Source of the DNA: an uncultured bacterium
GTDB lineage: Bacteria > Babelota > Babeliae > Babelales > Vermiphilaceae
Assembly (NCBI GenBank): GCA_963702025.1
Contig: OY969699.1
Location: forward strand, 1,408,001-1,472,000
DNA length: 64,000 nucleotides
Direction: 5' to 3'
Shown: positions 58,096 to 64,000 of the stretch, one piece after another
How positions within the stretch are numbered: the stretch's first letter is position 1
Layout: every line of letters starts with the position of its first letter
Translations under genes and position numbers: made by a program
The notes under the pieces: model-generated
Told to the model about the DNA's origin: nothing
Databases searched by the model: none
What the model saw: only the letters and a program-made list of their open reading frames with translations

Positions 58096-58761
58096 ATGAT
58101 CGCCAAAAAACTCATATTGATACTTTTACTGGGCACAAAAATGTATGGCTGTGCAAGATTTTTAACAGATCAATGGGAGAAAGAAATGCAACAATCTGAG
58201 CCAAGAAGCGGCCGCATGGATTGGTGGGCACCACAAAATGAGTTTGCCGCTGACCATCTTAGAAAATGCGCCGAAGCGAGCAAAGAAAAAGAACAAGCCC
58301 TTAAAGAGTCACCCGCAACTGCTGAGTATAAAAATGCTCAAGTACAAGTATCTGCTGATACTGCTGATTGCCTTGATCAATCCACTATGAACCGACTTTT
58401 GCATGTAACCGCAGCGGCAGGAAAAATCGAAGCGGTGCAGTACCTTATTACAAAAGGAGCTGCAATTGATGGACGCGATGAAGATACGTGGACACCCTTA
58501 ATGAGGGCAACAAAAGGCAATCATATTGCGGTTGTTAAAGCTTTGCTGGATGCCGGTGCTGATATGAATATTTGTTCTGATTATTGCAGAGTTTGTGATC
58601 CGGGGAACGGTGATTATCCACCAAACTGGCGCGGGCCAAGAGAACGCACAACTCCGCCGCCTCATAAATGCCGGCAAGCAACATCAGCCCCTTTACTTGC
58701 CAAATTTGGGCGCTTTACTGAAATTGAAAATTTGTTTGAAAAATATAAAAAACAAAAGTAA
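58096..58761 (+). CDS. Secreted ankyrin-repeat protein
   Basis: GGAG RBS; leader ...KMYG|CAR; LLHVTAAAG, WTPLMRA..GNH..VVKALLDAGAD. Confidence 0.85.
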   Translation: MIAKKLILILLLGTKMYGCARFLTDQWEKEMQQSEPRSGRMDWWAPQNEFAADHLRKCAEASKEKEQALKESPATAEYKNAQVQVSADTADCLDQSTMNRLLHVTAAAGKIEAVQYLITKGAAIDGRDEDTWTPLMRATKGNHIAVVKALLDAGADMNICSDYCRVCDPGNGDYPPNWRGPRERTTPPPHKCRQATSAPLLAKFGRFTEIENLFEKYKKQK

Positions 58762-58770
58762 GGAATCATC

Positions 58771-59445
58771 ATGAATCACATCGAGATCGAACTCCGTTAT
58801 GAAGTTCTTAAACCTGAACAACTGCCATCATTTTTGGCTCCATTCGAAAAATTACATCAAAAACATGATGTTGATATCTATTTAGACACTCCCCAAGCGA
58901 TCCTCTATCAACGCGGCATTTTCATTCGCACTCGTAATGATAAAAAATTAGATATCAAATTCAATCGGGCAACTCTTGATAATCCTGATTTGGCAATTCA
59001 AGATTATTGCGAAGAGCATAGCTTTCCATTGCCGTTGCAAGAAAAAGACCTGGCTCAGATTAATGAATTGTTGGTGAGTCTTGATTTAAAACCACCGGCA
59101 ATTGCCGATCTTGCACATTTGAAATCGATTAACAGTTTTATTGAACATTACCGCGTTGATAAACTACGAACATCATACAAGCATGATTCTTTTACGCTCT
59201 GTTTGGATGAAGTTGCCGATCTTGGCACGTTCTTAGAAATTGAGCTGATGGCCAACAGCATAGAAGATCTTGCTGCGGTGAAACAACAAATGCAGTATTT
59301 AATTAAAGAACTTGATGTGGCACCTTTAAAAACCGGGTACGGTACATTGTTGCTTCGCAAAAAAGATTTTGGGCATTATTTAATGGGCAGATTTGTTTTG
59401 GAAGAAGATAAGATTTATAGAAAAAGCCACAGAAATAAAGCCTAA
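58771..59445 (+). CDS. CYTH-domain protein
   Basis: IEIELRY, DIYLD, FIRTR, KLRTSY, LDEVADLGTFLEIE. Confidence 0.88.
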   Translation: MNHIEIELRYEVLKPEQLPSFLAPFEKLHQKHDVDIYLDTPQAILYQRGIFIRTRNDKKLDIKFNRATLDNPDLAIQDYCEEHSFPLPLQEKDLAQINELLVSLDLKPPAIADLAHLKSINSFIEHYRVDKLRTSYKHDSFTLCLDEVADLGTFLEIELMANSIEDLAAVKQQMQYLIKELDVAPLKTGYGTLLLRKKDFGHYLMGRFVLEEDKIYRKSHRNKA

Positions 59446-59538
59446 AGAGCGATTTCATTTGACACACGCGCTTCAAATTGACAAAATAAGAAAGCAATAT
59501 CAAAAAATATTAATTTTTAATTTCACAACAGGAAATAC

Positions 59539-60051
59539 ATGAAGAGATTCATACTCCCACTGTTTTTATTAGTCAGTTCTGCAAATATCTTTAGTTTGAA
59601 TCCGGCATTAGTAAATGGAGTTCGCATAGCAAGGCAGTATGTTTCTCCAACGATTGCAACCGCATTTGGACTTAAATTAACCCATAAAGCTCTCAAGCCT
59701 ATTATCCATACTTTTAAGGATGCTCGGCTTGACCTGGAAAATGCAAAATGGGCTTTAGCACGTTACACAGAAATGATTAATAAAGAGAAAGCCGAGCTTA
59801 CCCCAGAACAAGCAAAATACTATCGACCTTCTTCAAGCCTCCAATGGAACATCGATTTTAATGGTAAAAAAAGCCAAAGAACGTATCTTCAATGCCTCAA
59901 AGAAGAGTTTGCGCTCAAATTTTTTACGGGATCCTTACGCTATGATTATCGCACCGTTGGCGCCGCATTACTTGCGGGCGGATTAATCACTGCTAATGGT
60001 CTGTATGAATTGGGACTAGGGACCGCCATTGAAAAGATTGTAAGAAGATAA
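59539..60051 (+). CDS. Exported hypothetical protein
   Basis: Signal peptide; C-terminal hydrophobic helix. Confidence 0.65.
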   Translation: MKRFILPLFLLVSSANIFSLNPALVNGVRIARQYVSPTIATAFGLKLTHKALKPIIHTFKDARLDLENAKWALARYTEMINKEKAELTPEQAKYYRPSSSLQWNIDFNGKKSQRTYLQCLKEEFALKFFTGSLRYDYRTVGAALLAGGLITANGLYELGLGTAIEKIVRR

Positions 60052-60084
60052 ATTTTTCACTATCCTCATTTTAATTGCAATGTC

Positions 60085-60112
60085 AGCCCCGAAATAAAAA
60101 ATCGGGGCTTTT
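60085..60112 (+). terminator. Intrinsic terminator
   Basis: AGCCCCGA / TCGGGGCT followed by TTT. Confidence 0.75.
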
Positions 60113-60158
60113 CAATTCTTGAAGAAGATAAAGTATTTCCAAAACTAGAGACAATAAA

Positions 60159-60857
60159 ATGACTATAAAAAAACAGATTATCGCTATCGGTGGCGGTGGC
60201 TTTAGCAGCAAAAGAACGTCAACGAATACAATTTCAGTCCCCGAATATTTTTTACAGCAAACCGAAAAAGACAATCCTAAAATTTGCTTTATCCCCACGG
60301 CCAGCGGAGAATCGCAATCATATATTGTGAACTTTTATCAAGCATTTACCAAACTCGATTGCCAGCCATCCCATCTTTCATTTTTTTCGCCACATACTGC
60401 GGATATTGAATCATTTATTTTAGAACAAGATGCCATTTATGTTGGCGGTGGCAATACTAAGAGCATGTTGGCAATTTGGAGAGAATGGAACTTTGACACT
60501 TTTTTAAAGCGTGCCTACGAAAAAGGAATTGTTTTAGGCGGTGTGAGCGCCGGTTCAATTTGCTGGTTTCAAGAAGGCGTCACCGATTCAATTCCGGGCC
60601 CATTAACCGCAATCAAAGCGCTAGGATTTTTAAACGGCAGTAATTGTCCGCATTATGATGGCGAAGCTGAACGCAGACCTGCTTATCATAAGCTATTGCT
60701 CGATGAAAAACTTTCAGCCGGCATTGCTATAGATGATAATGTTGCCGTTCACTTTATTGATGGTAACGTTTTTAATGTGGTGAAATCGAATCCTAAAGCA
60801 AATGCGTATCATGTGTTTAAAGAAGATAATACCGTTGTAGAAAAGCCGATTTTATGA
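60159..60857 (+). CDS. Peptidase E (S51 family)
   Basis: FIPTAS, YVGGGNT, GVSAGS, PHY. Confidence 0.92.
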   Translation: MTIKKQIIAIGGGGFSSKRTSTNTISVPEYFLQQTEKDNPKICFIPTASGESQSYIVNFYQAFTKLDCQPSHLSFFSPHTADIESFILEQDAIYVGGGNTKSMLAIWREWNFDTFLKRAYEKGIVLGGVSAGSICWFQEGVTDSIPGPLTAIKALGFLNGSNCPHYDGEAERRPAYHKLLLDEKLSAGIAIDDNVAVHFIDGNVFNVVKSNPKANAYHVFKEDNTVVEKPIL

Positions 60858-60898
60858 CAAAAATCATTCTCAAAAGAATTAAGGGAAAAAGATAGATT

Positions 60899-61468
60899 AT
60901 GATTTCCCAAAAAATACGCTGTTTCGGCAATGAACCCGGTAAAGAATTTTATGCCAAATATCATGACACTGAATGGGGCATTCCCTCGCACAACGATCGG
61001 CATTTGTTTGAAATGCTCATTTTAGAAGGGGCTCAAGCCGGATTAAGTTGGGAAACAGTGTTAAAAAAGCGTGACGGCTATCGCAAGGCGTTCCATCACT
61101 TTGATCCACGCAAAGTCGCTTTAATGAAAGATCATGAACTCGAAGCATTACGCCAAAATCCCGATATTATTCGCAATCAGCTAAAAATATATGCTGCGCG
61201 CCAGAATGCATTAGTATTTTTAGAAATACAAAAAGAATTTGGATCCTTTGACCGCTATGTGTGGAGGTTTGTGAAGGGTAAGCCAATTATGCATCATCCC
61301 AAAAAATTTACCGATCTTCCAAGCACCACTGCAGAGAGTGACGCGCTATCCAAAGATTTAAAAAAGCGAGGAATGACATTTGTGGGCTCTACAATTATTT
61401 ATGCATACATGCAAGCAGTAGGCCTTGCCAATGAGCATATCATCACATGCTGGCGTTATGGTCACTAA
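60899..61468 (+). CDS. tag: DNA-3-methyladenine glycosylase I
   Basis: YHDTEWG, LEGAQAGLSW, IIRN.LKI, FVGSTIIYAYMQAVG..NEH...C. Confidence 0.95.
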   Translation: MISQKIRCFGNEPGKEFYAKYHDTEWGIPSHNDRHLFEMLILEGAQAGLSWETVLKKRDGYRKAFHHFDPRKVALMKDHELEALRQNPDIIRNQLKIYAARQNALVFLEIQKEFGSFDRYVWRFVKGKPIMHHPKKFTDLPSTTAESDALSKDLKKRGMTFVGSTIIYAYMQAVGLANEHIITCWRYGH

Positions 61469-61649
61469 ATATTTAAATTAACGATAATAACATCATAATT
61501 TCTTGTTTTTTATAAAATAAGACAGCGCAATTAAACATCTGCTAAACATATTGGAACTTGGGGTAGCCAATCCACACTTCCATTTTTATCCGCAATAGAC
61601 CCATCTTTGCTTGTTGCGATATAAAGAATGGTATAAGCAATAGCAATTC

Positions 61650-62210
61650 TTAAGAGATTAAATGATTAATTTGTTTATGAAAATTTATAAGGCATACATA
61701 AAGAATTGCTAACATCATAAATGGAACAACTATAGAAAGCGTTATTCCCGAGCTATTAAATATCAATGACCACATAAAAGCAAGAGTAGATCCAGCTAAA
61801 AAAATTATTGTTAATTTTTGATTCTCTCCTTTGCCAATATTACTTGCATTACTAAATACGCCATAAGAAAAAATTAATGATATGACACTGGTAAAGATAA
61901 AAGCGCAAAAAAGAAAAGGGCCTTTATAATTATTCATCAGCTGGAGTAAATACGGCTGATTCGCCAGAAATAGGATTGCACTGCTGATAAGCCATATATT
62001 GGTTGCCAGCAAAAAATAATTAAAATTAATATTAAATATTCGGTGAAGAATAATCACTATCACCGCTACAAGGGCCGCGTAATAAAATGGCATTGACCAA
62101 GGACAAAAATTATCTGGAGCTTTGCACAGAAATGCTTTTGCAATTATGAACGTTATAAATGGAGCAAATGCTAATAATGAGATAAAGCGGTGCAGAGAGA
62201 AATATTTCAT
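61650..62210 (-). CDS. Hypothetical integral membrane protein
   Basis: About six hydrophobic segments; downstream of PadR. Confidence 0.7.
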   Translation of the reverse strand: MKYFSLHRFISLLAFAPFITFIIAKAFLCKAPDNFCPWSMPFYYAALVAVIVIILHRIFNINFNYFLLATNIWLISSAILFLANQPYLLQLMNNYKGPFLFCAFIFTSVISLIFSYGVFSNASNIGKGENQKLTIIFLAGSTLAFMWSLIFNSSGITLSIVVPFMMLAILYVCLINFHKQINHLIS

Positions 62211-62259
62211 TGAATTCCTTTATTATAAAGTAATAAGCATATAAAACTTTTCATGAATC

Positions 62260-62805
62260 TTAAGGTAGTTCATCATTTTTAACTTTTTTTATTGCACCAT
62301 CAACCCATTTTAATTCAGCTTCAAAATGAGCGGTTGCGAGACGAAAATTCTCGGTAATATGGCGGGGCCATCCAACCTCCGCTACTCGTATTGGAATTAG
62401 GTGAGTCATAGATTTAATATTTGCTCGCAAACTATCTGCTTTATACTCAAGAGCTAAAATCAATTCTTCTTTTGGCATGCAATTCATAAAGGTCAATGCT
62501 ACTTGAAATGGATCAATGATTGGCTTAAGATCCCACCATTGTTTGCGAAGGAGGTCCATAAATTGATCTTTACCCGCTTCTGTTACTTCATATAAAATGC
62601 GACCGGGCCTTGCATCATCCTTACTTTCTATCACTTTTATTAGACCCTCTTCTGACATTTTTTTTAATGCAAAATAAATAGAGCCATAGGCGATATTTGC
62701 CCATTGCTCAGCATTCCATGATTCAAGCTCTTGCCTTATTTCATAACCATGTTTTGGTCCTTGCTGTACAAGAACCCCTAACAGCAAAGTTCTGATAGCT
62801 GACAT
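62260..62805 (-). CDS. PadR-family regulator
   Basis: GPKHGYEI, GSIYFALKKM..EGLI, YEVTEAG. Confidence 0.92.
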   Translation of the reverse strand: MSAIRTLLLGVLVQQGPKHGYEIRQELESWNAEQWANIAYGSIYFALKKMSEEGLIKVIESKDDARPGRILYEVTEAGKDQFMDLLRKQWWDLKPIIDPFQVALTFMNCMPKEELILALEYKADSLRANIKSMTHLIPIRVAEVGWPRHITENFRLATAHFEAELKWVDGAIKKVKNDELP

Positions 62806-62901
62806 TTTAACCCCTTGACATTAGTAAGATTTTATACAAACTTGTATATAAGCTTATATCGAGATTCGAGTTTTGTCAATCTATCTAAGGGGGGTTTTTC
62901 T

Positions 62902-64000
62902 ATGTTAAAAATGAATTTTATCTGTAATTTTTGCAAAGATACCATACCTGTTATTCGTAAAACAGGGAGTATTCTGGTTCATGGCGCAAAAGAGCATAAT
63001 TTAAAGAATATTTGCTTCGAGATTCCTAAAGGCAAATTAGTCGCTTTAACCGGTCCCTCAGGTTCAGGTAAATCCTCTATTGCAACTGATATTTTGCAAA
63101 AAGAATGCATACGGCAATATTTGGAATCTTTGGGAATGGTTACCGATCATATAGAAAAAGCAAAAGTAGATAGTATCATGGGATTATCCCCTTCAATTGG
63201 GGTTACGCAGCGAAAAACCGATTTTAATCCTCGTTCTACCGTTGGCACCCGATCCGGGATTCTTACTATTCTAAGGAATTTATTTGCAGCAATCGGTCAT
63301 CAACCATGTACAAGCTGTGGAAAAAGGGTCAAACAGCCTTTGCAAGATAAGCATAAACTGACAATAGTTGAAGTAGAGGGAGATGAAACAGGTTCTTCTT
63401 CAAAGAAAAGGAAAATAAGCTATTTTGATTGTCCGCATTGTGGCCATCAGCTAGAAAAGTTGAAAATGGCTCATTTTTCCTTTAATGCACTCGTAGGCGC
63501 CTGCGAGGCTTGTAAAGGCGTCGGCCAAATCATAAGCGTTGATCTATCGCGTTTACTGAATGAAGAAAAAACAATTCGAGATGGCGGAGTAGATATGTGG
63601 GGCGAGACTCTTGCAAAGCATTATGAAAACGTCATCCTTGCTTCCAGCAAACATTATAAATTTCCATTTGATCCGGCTTTGGCTTTAAAAAATTATACAA
63701 AAGATCAGAAAAATTTTCTTCTTTATGGAATTACTTTTCCAGATTTTGTAAAAACATACAAGCATATTCAAGCGCCAAAAAAAGTGAGCGAAGGAAATTT
63801 TGAAGGTATTATTCCCCATTTACTAAATCTCCACAAAAAAAATCCCGAAAAAGCTTCAAGTGATGTTAAAAAATATATTCTTCATGAATCATGTATTGAA
63901 TGTAACAATACACGCTTGGGTAGACTTGGCAGAGAAGTAACCGTCGGTGAAAAAACCATCATTGACATGGGTGGACTTAATCTCAATGAATTACTTAAAT
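62902..64000 (+). CDS. UvrA-like ABC ATPase, probably class II; partial
   Basis: Manual translation: GAKEHNLKNI, TGPSGSGKSS, RQYLES, GLSPSI, NPRSTVGT, FSFN...GACEACKG. Confidence 0.88.
   Translation, partial: MLKMNFICNFCKDTIPVIRKTGSILVHGAKEHNLKNICFEIPKGKLVALTGPSGSGKSSIATDILQKECIRQYLESLGMVTDHIEKAKVDSIMGLSPSIGVTQRKTDFNPRSTVGTRSGILTILRNLFAAIGHQPCTSCGKRVKQPLQDKHKLTIVEVEGDETGSSSKKRKISYFDCPHCGHQLEKLKMAHFSFNALVGACEACKGVGQIISVDLSRLLNEEKTIRDGGVDMWGETLAKHYENVILASSKHYKFPFDPALALKNYTKDQKNFLLYGITFPDFVKTYKHIQAPKKVSEGNFEGIIPHLLNLHKKNPEKASSDVKKYILHESCIECNNTRLGRLGREVTVGEKTIIDMGGLNLNELLK

Overview
AT-rich bacterial window that reads like an intracellular, protist-associated bacterium. Candidatus Dependentiae/Babelota is my inference from gene style, not a database result. 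There are few housekeeping genes (orphan atpG, YacP-like NYN, tag, peptidase E, CYTH, partial UvrA-like). Most of the window is accessory: an intact IS with a 6-bp target duplication, two toxin-antitoxin pairs, two AAA_14/DUF4143 ATPases, a 2102-aa CdiA/haemagglutinin-like protein, resistance-type enzymes (VanX-like, two APH kinases, ABC-F, GNATs) and over 30 orphan secreted proteins. The strongest signal: 28 ORFs or ORF remnants have an N-terminal signal peptide followed directly by a second Met, and in 26 the next residue is E, D, Q or N, which matches eukaryotic NatB substrate specificity. Most remaining leaders expose Ser or Cys. Cargoes include mimics of cullin-RING ligase parts (F-box-like, Skp1/BTB, BC/SOCS-box), ankyrins, an HPD-less J-domain, PPVPPR motifs and a six-member unknown family. 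Leaders and C-terminal modules appear shuffled between unrelated cargoes. No rRNA, tRNA or CRISPR array was seen.
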